Below are positions 41,001 to 52,100 of a stretch of DNA of 64,000 nt, piece after piece. Position numbers and translations under genes: made by a program. The stretch is from contig CH464491.1 in the NCBI GenBank assembly GCA_000002445.1, forward strand, positions 1,120,001 through 1,184,000, in the 5' to 3' direction. Position 1 is the stretch's first letter; each line of letters begins with the position of its first letter. The notes under the pieces are model-generated. The model saw only the letters and a program-made list of their open reading frames with translations, had not been told where the DNA came from and did no database searches. This DNA comes from Trypanosoma brucei (taxonomy: Eukaryota).

Positions 41001-43063
41001 ATAAGTCACGATTGGAGATAAAGCAGCTGCAGAAGCAGAGGTGGGAAGATGAACATCAGCAGCAGCGGCTGCAACACAGAAATGTTATGGCTGCTCGTCT
41101 ACAGAGTTTCTTCATTGTCAACTTAGCCGTGCGCCGCCGGCGCCGGCTTCTTCAACAGAAGCAAGAGGAAGCGCCAAAGCCTGTTGTGGCGAACTCTAAT
41201 GAAAAGTCCACAAAACCGTCCACACCAAACACTAAAACGAATAAAGAGAATGGCGGGTCCCCGGTACCGACCATGCGAGAGAGGTTTGACCGAACACGAG
41301 AGAAGCGAAAGAGTTTGTTGCGCGACCATCACGATAGGACCGAACTAAGCACAACGAGCAGTAGCGCGTCAACGAAGTCGCACACGGGTGCCCCCATGAA
41401 ATCTCTTAAAACTCGAACTCAGTCGGCAACATCTCTTGTAAAAAATAAAAGCGGCACTAGGGCAACAGTAGTTCCACCGTTACACCTGAAGTCTTCTGGT
41501 TTATCGACGCACGCTGCAGACAATTACCACCCCGATACAGTAACACTCAAGGTCGGTATGCTACACCGACTTCTTCGTGCACCGAAGCCCCTTGTGTACG
41601 CACTGCGTGTCATGTGCAGCCGTTACGAGTCACGGCCTTATTCCGCTTACGATGTCCTTGCCTCGTGCGATTGGCGTACAGTAAAGGATGATGTTGAGGA
41701 GGCTGCGGAGCACAACGAGGAGAACAGGGGTAAAGATGGCAACGCGGAGGAAATGGCTGAAACCGCTTCCATTATTAGTGGGAACAGCAGCGTGCATGCG
41801 TTCGAGAACATGATGCCAACTTCCAAACCCAGGTCTAGCGATGACTTGTACCTCCAGATCAAGTCGTATCGAGCTATATATAACTCCTCTTCACTTAAGG
41901 TGAAGGGAAATGTGAAAGATGGGAATGGCACACCTTCCTCATTTCTGAATATGTTCTCTACACACCCACCATCAGTTCGCGTGGATAGTTTTGTTGATAC
42001 GAATGAATTACGGTTTTTAGAACCCATACCCAAGTCGTTGCCGCGACCCTTCGAACACTGGAGTATTGCGCTTTCCCTTCAGCAGCGCGTGTTCACCGCG
42101 GCGGCTATCTACGCATGGAAATTAATATTCAGTCACACACCACATGACGACTATAAGCAGCGGATGCTTGACACTAGGGAAGAGCAGGAGGCCCGTCTCG
42201 ATCGCGTCGAGCAGCGGAATCGCATGATACTCGCGTGTTATTGCGTCCGCTCGGAATCTGAGTGGCTTCGGGAGGCTTCGGCAGATCTCAACTTCGTTGG
42301 TCGCATATGGAATCCGAAGCGGTCGCTCGATCCCAATGACCCTGACTTCGAACGGCATTGCCTTGAGACGTATGAGTTTGTGGAGAATTTCCTCTATCAA
42401 TGCTTTCCCACACTATCAACCCTCGAGGATGTGCCGACATTCCTAATGGGGGCGGGAATTTACTTTATGATGCAAGCAACACTCACCAAGTTGGGGGCTG
42501 GAGAGGGAGCGGAGTCATTTGTGGACGTTGGCCGGTTGGACGAAAATACGTCTTCTTTGAACGCACAGCAACGTGAATGTTTATTTGTGTACGAGTTTCT
42601 CAACCTAATCGACACGCTTTCCTTCTGGCACAGTCAGTCAAAGGGGAAGAGTAATGACGCATCCCCAACGGGGAAGTCGAGCAGCAAACAACCGGGCACC
42701 GCGGCGGCTGGGTCAACACAAACAGAGACTAGTGATGATGATTTCATTTCATGGAGGGCACACCTTGAGCGTTCCGTGAACGCTATTTTAGGCGCGTCAT
42801 CCACTGGAGTTGGCACATCAGCCACGACTGATTCCCTTACAAATTTAGACGGTAATATAACGGATTCATCTGATTGTCCACCAATTCGGTTGGTAAAGTG
42901 TCCATCTTCCAATGTTGTAGCGGGTGAAAAAGTTAGCATGGAGCGCTTTTCATTGGCTTACCCGAGTGGTTTCCTTGTGGGTCTCAGTGAGCGTTTGATG
43001 CGGTGTTTAGTGGGAGTAAAACTTGATTTGGATGTGTGTGAGGATCTTGATGTGGCCATGTGA
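38042..43063 (+). CDS. Very large hypothetical protein with IQ calmodulin-binding-like motifs
   Basis: About 1673 codons from MRRASVAVTP. The 37928 extension in the ORF track reads through a (TA)n microsatellite and is rejected. IQ-like motifs are AAQVIERFLLRCVRQRAQH, AARIVHCWRRYKSRLEIKQLQKQRW and AARLQSFFIVNLAVRRRRRLL. Confidence 0.6.
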   Translation: MRRASVAVTPSTSSVLGGGASTTGTVDPTTGTSGASCQSVPRLAHRSVMDTEDGLTSPKPRPQDIVVTKSNPTLRASAVRPTLAASSGAHIRRRPPSVPDRAVSPHFATPVLSTLWRDMVEHRTDPSPAPRCSRKRRSTTSATAPLARMPSAVLRGSGEQSRGKAVGQIIEEVGRARSLRRVTNDRKGGSLLSMHATNTFNGQRHLLSPVKGSLGTARPPIVLDAKQNTRSRSMRMKLQEVTPSNNDEMRKEVVSCYRKLCEEVGQSPQESWIAAVLGEKTDITSDSNVGLPIGDRSTANDSVCASASASGRNIDLSLKRMPSGPALSAKSQSSVEGRQKSKGTSKIQGCSTVKAPSIASTTKFTNLASGANVLRDESLRRMIAYCDHLRPYSSKMEQLKQRRQDVRESLNRFLEVCNKKQDGLHEDRALDSEQAADNDSSKSLTISALQSRADSLTSGLKELQRCNVRLLLCLSNLSCEVRRPLGSISGDAGPASNDQQQEIVKACSVPAVPQIQSVPKASASLTSINLPTAIPAAYLHFLRSQERIIVQELSELCNRVRSALAEGTNISTADEGLLETPLFLPSTWSASTNSARAVKDRKLSEQKLQPKTGGNLSAAARRAVHASSAPASKPLTRFASSTKGSEHNYSTSRCADSHRTVDSSSTTHASDVHLPFVGVAFADWANTSDDEKESSLNSTYPQRNDSTARSPRLVIGGGKRRLSFDTATEKHIRSTTSANGALANKFCRARSSAAVLMGSKKVTPKLNARNASPTRTAKRSKTKHSKKSSTPAVEGAITAAQIKQAEATWETIQGLALRNSTSGNLGSPTQSFSIQLAMVPSAVDEARDGNDMSIIGERGSPAEAAGDFRATGPSNQEILSTRKEQLPLLGKEYNTPVCQGVEVTSVDENHRRVHAAQVIERFLLRCVRQRAQHTDKQKKKGKEETMVEETEAATAKPFSAPVGSVFLCDSEACNQMAARIVHCWRRYKSRLEIKQLQKQRWEDEHQQQRLQHRNVMAARLQSFFIVNLAVRRRRRLLQQKQEEAPKPVVANSNEKSTKPSTPNTKTNKENGGSPVPTMRERFDRTREKRKSLLRDHHDRTELSTTSSSASTKSHTGAPMKSLKTRTQSATSLVKNKSGTRATVVPPLHLKSSGLSTHAADNYHPDTVTLKVGMLHRLLRAPKPLVYALRVMCSRYESRPYSAYDVLASCDWRTVKDDVEEAAEHNEENRGKDGNAEEMAETASIISGNSSVHAFENMMPTSKPRSSDDLYLQIKSYRAIYNSSSLKVKGNVKDGNGTPSSFLNMFSTHPPSVRVDSFVDTNELRFLEPIPKSLPRPFEHWSIALSLQQRVFTAAAIYAWKLIFSHTPHDDYKQRMLDTREEQEARLDRVEQRNRMILACYCVRSESEWLREASADLNFVGRIWNPKRSLDPNDPDFERHCLETYEFVENFLYQCFPTLSTLEDVPTFLMGAGIYFMMQATLTKLGAGEGAESFVDVGRLDENTSSLNAQQRECLFVYEFLNLIDTLSFWHSQSKGKSNDASPTGKSSSKQPGTAAAGSTQTETSDDDFISWRAHLERSVNAILGASSTGVGTSATTDSLTNLDGNITDSSDCPPIRLVKCPSSNVVAGEKVSMERFSLAYPSGFLVGLSERLMRCLVGVKLDLDVCEDLDVAM

Positions 43064-43621
43064 TGAGGAATCTTGTGTGAGGTGCTTGCATTTTTGTTTA
43101 TTATGTGTGGTGAGCTCCATGCAACCACCGTGAGGAAATTGAGGGAGATAATGCTGTTAAATGTGCTCAAACTCCGGTGGCCTCCATGGGTCAGTTTCCA
43201 GTTGTGAAGAGGGTATTTTTCCTTCCTTTCCTCTACCGCGCTCCGATGGATAAAAAGTTTTTTGTCTGACAACAACAACAACAATGACAATTAAAAAAAG
43301 TTTTAGTGGGACCATCAAAGGCACCCCACATACATGCACACAACTGCTTTGTGAAGGGCACGCAAAGGCAGTCGGCGTAAATGGAGAGTGAACGGAAAGG
43401 AGAGGAGAATAATATACAATAAAAACAAATATAAGGGCGTGAGCAGAAACGATAGCAAGCTGTTGAATGAAACAATAAAGTGGCGTGCATGTATGTACAT
43501 TTCGCACGCACGTAAATATTCATACACATACATAGTGGGGAGGGGAGTTATGATGCTGGAGTTGGGGTGACGAGGCTATAGGGAGTGAAGAAAATAAGGA
43601 GAGAGAATGAAGAATATATAG

Positions 43622-43625
<4 letters not shown>

Positions 43626-43657
<32 letters not shown>
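43626..43657. repeat. (TA)16 microsatellite
   Basis: The longest perfect TA run in the window. Confidence 0.9.
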
Positions 43658-43660
<3 letters not shown>

Positions 43661-43935
43661 GGGGGAAATGGTGAGGAGTCTGTGCTTGAGGAAAAGAAAT
43701 TAAAACGGTTACCGATGGTGGTGCTCTGTTTTCTTTTTTGTGTTTGTTGTTTTCTTGTGCGTATATGTATTTGTATGCGAATCTCACCGACTCTCAAAGT
43801 TTTGCATCACGATGATTCTATTTACTGCAATGCATAATGTTTATGCCGGCGGTTTGTAATTGGATAGGGGCACCTGCGGTTTGAAGAGAGGGGAGAAAAA
43901 GACATTTCTCAGAGAATAGTAACGTTTACTTCCAC

Positions 43936-44880
43936 TTGTATGTAGATGCTTCTCATTTTCGTCCGGCATTGTTTTCAATTCGCTTTTCTCCGTGGAGGTC
44001 CTTTTTTTTTTGCTGGGATTACTTCCGGTATCCTTTGCTTACTTCTCCTTTATATCTAGCAGGTGCTTCTCATTTCGATGCGTTTGTTTTCCGTGTTAGA
44101 CTCTCTTCTTTGATTGATTGATTGATTGTTTTTTTCTTCTCTTTTCCTCTTTGCGCCTCTGGCATGTATTATCCACTTGTGATTGGACTGTGTTCGTGGG
44201 ATTGTTATTGTTGTGGTGTCGACTGCTTAGTTTCATGTAGTGGAACTTTGCTTTTAGGAGGAATTTGAATATTATTTACACCGTTTTCTTGCTGCACATT
44301 AGCCGCTACTTAGGCACCTCGTAAATAAGGTGCTCACATACATGATAGGCAATGTGGAGATCAACGTTTCACCCGGTATGTTTTCGCATTTTTTTTTCCT
44401 TTCGCATCCTCTTTTATTCGTTTTTTCTTGCTACCCCCTATCCCTTTTCATTCATTCATTCATCCATCCATCCATTCAACTTCCTTCTTTCTTGTGCTCT
44501 TATATTTGTCCACTTTACGTCCTCTTTACGCGCTTTATTTTTCTTTTATGTTTCTTTTGCTGATGATTCCCAGCCCCATTTGTTCTATTTTCCCTCAAAT
44601 CCGGCTTTACTCCTCTGTGAAGGCAATGTTGGTTTGAAGGATGTGAAAATATATGCAGTTGGGAGGAAAGTTTTTCATTTATCTTCCTCTAAGTTGTTTG
44701 GTACGCTTTCCTCAACCGCTGCTGCCATTGATATTTACTCTCTTTTTTTTCCCCCTCCTTCATTTTTTCCCCATGCCTTGTTCTAAATTTATATTTCTGT
44801 GTATTTATAACGCGTAACATCTTTTCTCTTTTCTATAATCTTTTTCCTTTTCTTTTTTTGCTTCACCCCTACTTTACTAG
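43936..44880 (+). repeat. About 0.9-kb strand-asymmetric C/T-rich tract with embedded short tandem repeats
   Basis: The plus strand is almost purine-free over long stretches. It contains (GATT)4 at 44111-44128 and a (CATT/CATC)n block at 44450-44480. Confidence 0.6.
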
Positions 44881-45346
44881 AGGTTGATAGAACCTTCGTA
44901 ACCTCCTCCTCCCTAAGCGCAGCTTCACTCACTCGCACAAAATATTAGAGAGGAGACTAACGTATTGCAAAGGCTTCCAGTGGTGCTGAAGCTTACGGAA
45001 CATTATTCCAGCGAAGAATTGGAGTTATACACATAACTGAAACGAAACAAAGAATTAAAAAAGCAACGAAGGAAGAAAGGGTGTCTTGATTTGCGCCCGT
45101 AATTCATCCAGCGATCGCTCAATAAATCACGTATTGAATTGTTTCCCCTCTTTCTTTGTTTGCAGGCTGTGACGAGTCGTGGGCGGGCCGTCTAACCGGC
45201 TTCTCTAATCACAAGTGTAAACGCCGCATAGTACGATACGAATTGTAGCCGAGTAGCCAAAAAAAAAAAGAAAAAAAGAACAGCAAAAAGGAGCACGTCT
45301 CAAAGTTTCAGTCGCGTAAAAAAGTGTAAGCGAGTTCTACAGCGTA

Positions 45347-46177
45347 ATGCTTCGAGCTTCTGTGTTGCTGCTTAAGTCAAGCATACGAACATCAGGATTG
45401 CTTTTACCATGGAAAATACGACCAGTGGCGGATACAATGGAGCGAAGAGATGCGTGGAAAGAGTTGGAGCAACTTCTCACTAGCATTACACGACTGAGTA
45501 ACGAGGAAGCGATAGAGAAGATGACCGAATTTTGTCCACGGCTTGCGATTTGTGACATTGAATACCCCGTCGAGACGCTACAACGCAAACGGCGGCTGGA
45601 GGAGCGGCGGATGTTGAGGCAACACCACGAAAATCGTAGTCGCAATGGTAAGAAGAAGGGGGAGCGTGAGCAGGTGACAGAAACCGTTACGTTAGCAGAC
45701 GATGAAGCCACTCGGAAATTGATGAAGAGCACCTTACGTATATTGGTTGCAAGGGCTCAAAAAAACTCTGGAACCAGCGACCGGGAGGTGGTGCGGGACA
45801 AAATGAAGAAATCCTCCTCAAAGATTATCGTTTCTTCATCCAGTGCCACACCTGCTCCCCTTCCGAGTAAAAGCGACGAGGGGAAGCGTAGCGGGGCCGA
45901 CAAAAAGGCGAACAGAGGCGAGGTTGATGGAACCCAAAACTCCAAACGAAAAGGAGAAGTTGAAAAATCAAGTGATTTGGTGAGTTCCCCCACAACCACA
46001 ACCACTGGAGCGACAGCAGCAGCAGCAGCAGCAGCAATGAATGTTTCTTCCTCTTCTACTTTTCCTTCTGGGGAAACTCCGTTTAGGGCTTCATCAACTG
46101 CATCCACTGCAGGAGTAAAAGGTGCGGATACATCGAGTGGTGGTGGTAGCGCATGCAAAACGGGGAAAGGTAAGTAG
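45347..46177 (+). CDS. Hypothetical protein, basic with Ser/Thr/Ala-rich tail
   Basis: 276-codon ORF. An alternative start lies at 45437 (MERRDAWKEL). The C-terminus is low-complexity. Confidence 0.45.
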   Translation: MLRASVLLLKSSIRTSGLLLPWKIRPVADTMERRDAWKELEQLLTSITRLSNEEAIEKMTEFCPRLAICDIEYPVETLQRKRRLEERRMLRQHHENRSRNGKKKGEREQVTETVTLADDEATRKLMKSTLRILVARAQKNSGTSDREVVRDKMKKSSSKIIVSSSSATPAPLPSKSDEGKRSGADKKANRGEVDGTQNSKRKGEVEKSSDLVSSPTTTTTGATAAAAAAAMNVSSSSTFPSGETPFRASSTASTAGVKGADTSSGGGSACKTGKGK

Positions 46178-47451
46178 ATAAAAGGTTGGGATTGTTTCGG
46201 TGTGTTAACAATCAGTTGAACACTAGACTGCAAAAAAAAAAAAAAGAAGAGCTTGAAAGATATGGAGGGATGGAGAGAGAAAAATGGGGCTGGAAACGGG
46301 GGAATGAAAATGCAGATCATGGTGTGATGACACAAGAGAGGAAAAAAAAAAAGAAGAAAGTGGAAAAGGGCGACGCTGTGCGAAACCCAGGTGTTAGGGT
46401 TGGTTAACTGTTGGAACTTTCACAAGTTTTTGAAAATGAGGAAAGGTGTAAATTGTAACTCCTTCCGTCTCCGTATGGTTCCCACTAGTGTGCATATGTA
46501 TACGCCTTTGTGGTGCGTCTCTCTGTCATGAACCGAAAGTAAAAGGGGGGTGAGGCCGTGTTGGAGTTATTCACTTTCAGTGTGTGCTCTAACTTAAATA
46601 TATAACGCCTCTTTTTCTCATCATTCTTCCCCTTTCCACACATGTACGGATGAGTGAAAAAAAAAAGGGGGAGTTTGTTTGTTTGCCTTTGTGAGTGGTG
46701 ACCAGAGGGGACAGTTAGAAACCCTGCGCAGTGTTGCTTTCAGTTCCTCTTTGCATCTCCTCCATCTCTCCACTGTGATTATGTTTCAAGGAGGCATTCT
46801 GTTTGGAGGGAACAAAACCGATGGTTTCATTTTCAATATGGGATGAAACGTTTAAACAATTATGAAACCTCAAAGATCGAAAGTATATACATACACACCT
46901 TTGCGCTTGGGGTGGAAAGATAGAAGGAAATGAAGGCCGTGCATTGAGCCGTTGTGTCACCGCCTAACTTTCCCCCCTCACTCCAATATTTGAGGTGGTG
47001 TAAATGACTTCTCCCTTCTTCCCTCATCCATGGTGATGTGTTTTACCATACTTCAGCCGTGTATTTTTGTTTTGTTTTACCTCAATTAATTCTCAAAACC
47101 AAAAGAAGAAAAGAAAGACGAGACGGTGAAAAGGCGACCGAGACACGTGTGTTCAGTTAACGCATTGGCTTCTCACGATATGAAGAATCGTTTACGTTCT
47201 CTTAGATAAGGCTTCACGTACACGCAGAACGCCACCATCGAAGAAAAGGCGGTAAAAAAAAAAAGAGAAGGGAAGAGAAGAGAAATTGGGAGAAACTACT
47301 CTACCACTTTGTTCGTGAATCGATTGCTCAGCTTCTTTATCACTACTTTTCTTCCCTCCTTTATTTCGCCATTTACTCATGTACACTCTTTTTTTACAGC
47401 CACCGCTGAAGGAAAGGATAGAGGGGCAGAGCTGGCGAGTCATATAGTTAG

Positions 47452-49116
47452 TTGCCAAACAAATATAACATGACCGTCTGCTTCAAATGCAAGTCAGCGT
47501 CAGCGGTGGTATGTAGCCGTGACGGGCCCACTAAAAGTTACTGTTCTTCATGCTTCACAGATTTTTGCACCCGCCTCACGCGGGACTCGCTTTTCCGCAA
47601 TTGCGGACTACCGTGCGATGAGCCGGTGGTAGTTGCCGTATCGGGAGGTTTTAGTTCCATGATGCTATTGCACCAACTCGGGATACTGCGGACGCAAAAT
47701 CGCATAAGACAAGGTGAAGGGCGTGTGACATTTGAACTCATTCCGCTGCACTTACGTGAAGAAGAACTTATGGCGCCAACCCAGCAGGGCCCCGTTAATG
47801 CGTTTGCGGATGAAGGTGATGATGCCCGTCAGGAAAACGGGAGGTATTGTCATACATTTTCTGAGGTGAAGGAACAGTTTGAAGAACTGGAGTGCCTGGT
47901 GCGCACGCAATGCGAACAGTGGGAATTTGCAAGCACCCCGCTATTCACAGCGGATGAAGTACAGATCGTGCAGTACAGTGATTATTTATCGCCTGATGAA
48001 CTACGTGGACTCCGGGAGGTGTTGCACCACCCGCGTATTCCGCTTTCGCACCGTGAACTTCTCTACAGGCGATTGCGTGGACGCATTCTGACCGTTGCAG
48101 CGGTTGAAAGTATTAACAAATGGAGGGACATCCGTCAAGTTTCGGGTCAGTGGTATCACATGTTGACGGGCGAGAACGCTCTCCGTTGTTGTGTGGCAAC
48201 GCTACGAGAGGTAATGAGCAATAGCAACAGCAATCGCATTGTCCATTTTGGTGGACATCGTGGTTTTCTGGGACAGTGCATGGTGATGCGGCCGTTACGA
48301 AGCCTTATTCCTCGCGAAGCTGTCATATACTGCCGCCTGCACGGCATCCAAGCAGGGTTTACACCTTCACTCAGTACCTTGACGGCTCTGCGCTCCTTCG
48401 ATCGTACCCTCGAAGTTTTTATTAATATCATGCTGGGTTCCTACCGCACATCCATTTTCAATGTACTGAACACGGTGACGAGACTAGACGTGGGTGCCGA
48501 TGCTGAAATACTGAATGTTGATTTGCGCACTGAACAAAGTGGGGGACCGTGTGGGGAAAATACAAAACAGGCAAAGCGTGTTATTGCCGGAAAAGCAGCA
48601 CAACACCACCGCGAGCAGTTAAAGATGAGGCGACCCATTTGTTGCCTATGGGAAGGCGCCGACATCAAAGGAGAGGAGGAGGCAGAGGAAAATGGCGAAG
48701 AAGGGAAATTGAGTAACCAGTCGCGGCGATTATGTCTTGTTTGTGGATGTTTCATCATTTGTGCGGATGAACACCCGGTAACGTTGCGATTTGGTCGGCG
48801 ATTTGTGTGTGAAAGCTGTCTCCAATTAATGAATGATTTCGCCAACACACGCCGCGCCGAAGCGGGAACTGAGAGTGAGCGAATATTAACGGATCCTGCC
48901 GTTCACTCCGCTGTTACCACCGGTCCCGGAACTATGCTTAGTGCTTTCGAGTCACTTACCACCACAATGCAAATGTTGGTTGCAGTAACAGGTAATTCGC
49001 CTTCTCTCGCTGGGAATGACGGTACTGGTGAGGATCGATGCGTGCGACGGCGCCTCAGTGCTCACGGCGCAGAAGAGTACATCTTACAGACAGATGATGG
49101 TGAGAAAGACAGTTAA
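47452..49116 (+). CDS. Cytoplasmic tRNA 2-thiolation protein 2 (CTU2/NCS2)-like
   Basis: An N-terminal CxxC...CxxC (CFKCKSASAVVCSRDGPTKSYCSSCF) is followed by a degenerate PP-loop, VVVAVSGGFSSMMLLHQL, as in CTU2 (CVKCK...CRDCF...LAWSGGPSSS). A C-terminal CLVCGC...CESC Cys cluster is present. The likely start is 47470. Confidence 0.55.
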   Translation: MPNKYNMTVCFKCKSASAVVCSRDGPTKSYCSSCFTDFCTRLTRDSLFRNCGLPCDEPVVVAVSGGFSSMMLLHQLGILRTQNRIRQGEGRVTFELIPLHLREEELMAPTQQGPVNAFADEGDDARQENGRYCHTFSEVKEQFEELECLVRTQCEQWEFASTPLFTADEVQIVQYSDYLSPDELRGLREVLHHPRIPLSHRELLYRRLRGRILTVAAVESINKWRDIRQVSGQWYHMLTGENALRCCVATLREVMSNSNSNRIVHFGGHRGFLGQCMVMRPLRSLIPREAVIYCRLHGIQAGFTPSLSTLTALRSFDRTLEVFINIMLGSYRTSIFNVLNTVTRLDVGADAEILNVDLRTEQSGGPCGENTKQAKRVIAGKAAQHHREQLKMRRPICCLWEGADIKGEEEAEENGEEGKLSNQSRRLCLVCGCFIICADEHPVTLRFGRRFVCESCLQLMNDFANTRRAEAGTESERILTDPAVHSAVTTGPGTMLSAFESLTTTMQMLVAVTGNSPSLAGNDGTGEDRCVRRRLSAHGAEEYILQTDDGEKDS

Positions 49117-52100
49117 CTGCTTCTTCAGAGTTGTAGGCTTTTGAACATGAGTTTCTATGGATATGTCGATCCTAAATTTTCGTTGTGTTTCCGCATGGTC
49201 GGCAATCGGTTGGATATGGTGCCGCACGACGTTAACTTTCCTTCCTCAGTTGATCTTGTAACAATGCGGGCCCAGATTTATGCATATACACGCGAGTGCT
49301 GAATGCATGATCCTTTCTAATACTTATCCATCCTCCTTCACTATTATCATAAGCTTTCTCGTGAAGATGTTAGAGGCGTCAGCCATATCTCTAAGAGTTG
49401 AGAGGCGAGACCTTTTAGTGCTCATCGTGCGTGCTAAAGAGGCAAGTTAGACGGCAACTCACAAGTGCGATGGGGGCTCATTCTTTTGGATTTGAGTCCG
49501 TACGAGCCTCAAAGAGTGGAACAATGGAATGTGCGAGAGGATGCCAATAAATAAGATTGAAAGGCACCATTCCGTCAACATCCTTAAGAGTTTGAACAGG
49601 TGGAGGTTCGACAAAATGTACGATCTGGTGAACGACCGAACCCGGCAGGTTTTGTGATACCCCTCGGAGGTGTGCGTGTGTCTGTGGCTTAACATATCGA
49701 AAAAAAAATGAAGCAGCGTTGCTTAAGTGGGTACTTATCGCGATTGTGCGGGAAGTAGGGAGAGGGGATATCTGTTTCAAAAAGAAATTATGAGGTAACG
49801 GCGGAAGGTTTCCCTCTTTACCTTTAGTAGATTGTTTTAAGCATTTATGTGAAACCTTTGTGTCGAACGCGTCCCGTATTTAATTAAGTGTGTGTTGGTG
49901 TGAAGAGGGGGAAACGCCGGGTTGTTTTGAGGAAAATCAGCAGTGAACAGTTGTGCGGTGGGGGGAGGGGGATAAAAGGGAAGTTAATCAAGCGGTTTTG
50001 CTCATCCCGTCTGTAGAACTGCCGCTCTTTTCACTCAACAGCGTTCCAGTTGTTGTGCGATCGGCATAAGTCTCACGAATCAAAAAATATACATATCGCA
50101 TGTAAAACTCGACGTATGAATTGATTCGCAAAAAGAAAGTATTCCACACTAATTATTTTGGGGACATGGGAGGTGAGAAAAGGGAGGGAATAAAATGGGC
50201 CTCAGGAAATGAGGATAATGTCTCGGTATATATACGACAGTGACGAAGGATAAGTTTTGCACTTTTGATAAAGGAAGTCCAAAGAGAAGGAACAAAAAGG
50301 TAGGAAGATACGCTAAAGACATCAACAGGAACCATTTGCCAAATGGATGTGAACGAACTTAAGGACCTAAGCCAGGACAATAAATATTAACTATTAAAAA
50401 AACATCAATAAGAGTGGCGCGACTTACATAAAAATAAACCTAACAGGATAATACAGATACCTTAACCATCAGCGGAAGATGGGCTTATGCGAGGAAATTG
50501 GTGAGGTTAGCTAAGTAGCTTGATATTGTCTCTCGATGGCACGTAAGCTTATTGGGTTAAACAACAAATTGTGGATTAACACCATACGCACCGGTTGTTC
50601 CTCAATATTCCAAGTGGTAGGAAACGTTGTCGTTACATCAAGAAGACAGTTTTCCAGTTACATTTGGTACCAGCGGTGCCATCGTTCTGAGATGGTGCTA
50701 CTGAAAAGACATTTTCACTTGTAGTATAATAACTCTGGTCTCAGCAACAGTGGGGTCGTTACATATTTGCTTTCTTTTTGCTTTTGCCATAATCCTAACA
50801 AACAGCACATGATGCATCCAATATTATAATTTTATTATGTTTACATGATTCTCAATACTTTTTACTTGGTTGTGGAAGATGTGGAGAAGGATGTGCACCT
50901 ATCGTGGAAATTAAATGCTGTGTCGCTGAAAAGGCGTTCAACGTATCCATTTTCCCTGTCGGAACTACCTCCTCCTCCCGCTGTTGTAGCAGCGAACACC
51001 AAATACGTGTCTTGTTACATTGTTTGGGACGTGGTCCTGGTGTGTGGAATGCGCCAGTGGTGTTCACTCATCAACCAAAAGATTAGTGTCGTTGTCTGTA
51101 TCCATAGGAAGCAAGTGTGTTGCGGAAGTTCCGTTTTAAGGGATCCTTGAGTGGATGAAGGTGTGGAAGAAATGGAAAGTGCGCACTGCGTGGCTGTTTC
51201 GGTGGCGCTGGACATAATGCAGGTTAGTGTCCCTCCAAATCTTACACAGTGCTCATCAGAATCAGAAAATAAGGAGGTTTTCAGTGCACCGTTCCCCGTG
51301 GTAAATTTAGTAAATTCATGACTTCCGGAAATTTATATTAAAAAATACGGAACCGCTGCCATCTTCAAAGATGGGAGCAACAAGTGGCGGCACCTGTGGA
51401 CCCGTAGGTGTGGGAGGAAATGATGCAGAGTGATAATTCCAGCGCGTGCAAGGATTTGAGAACCTTAGTTGGCGCACGGTATTTTACAAGGTGCTGACCA
51501 TTTGGGGAACGAGCACAAAAGAAGTTGAATTGAGATAAGGGGAAGAGACACAAAGAGTGGTGAGGTGTCAGTTTGCTACAGATGTTAAGAAAAAGTATAG
51601 AAGAGATGAATGAATAGGTATAAAAAAATAGGAGGCTTTAAGCTTCTCGAAAGACCTTGAAGTTCCGCCAAACAGGGGCAACTTCATGAAAGCGCCATAC
51701 GGCTGGGAAGCGGACACTGGAGAGCCCCTGTTGTGGCTCATAACGCAACGCGCATTGTGAAGGCGTGCTATCTGGGCCGCCAAACACGAAGTTGGGGAGT
51801 CCTCCAGAAGAGATTCCATATTCTCATGCAGGTAGCGCAACAAGCGGTAAAGAAAGGCAGTGCTCGGCTGCGTGGTCTGTGGCGAAGATAAAAAATACCA
51901 GAAGGTGGGATCCACAGACCGATGCAGCGGGAACGTTTGGTACTGCCAAACGAAATGGGCAAAATATACGGCAGCCGTGCAAGGTCAGCGTCCAGTGGAA
52001 CCCATAGGGCCACGTAGAGCTCTCTCGACTGTTGCCCAGACGCCAGAAACCTCCTTGGAGCAGACACACTTGCTTAGAGGAGGGCAGCATGCTGACCAGT

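Noticed and set aside
50845-51150. 100-aa ORF inside the 478-bp repeat, as a real protein-coding gene
   Set aside because: The ORF is exactly coextensive with the repeat and is mirrored by an overlapping minus-strand ORF. It is more likely a fragment of a decayed larger element than a functional small protein, and is kept only as part of the repeat finding.
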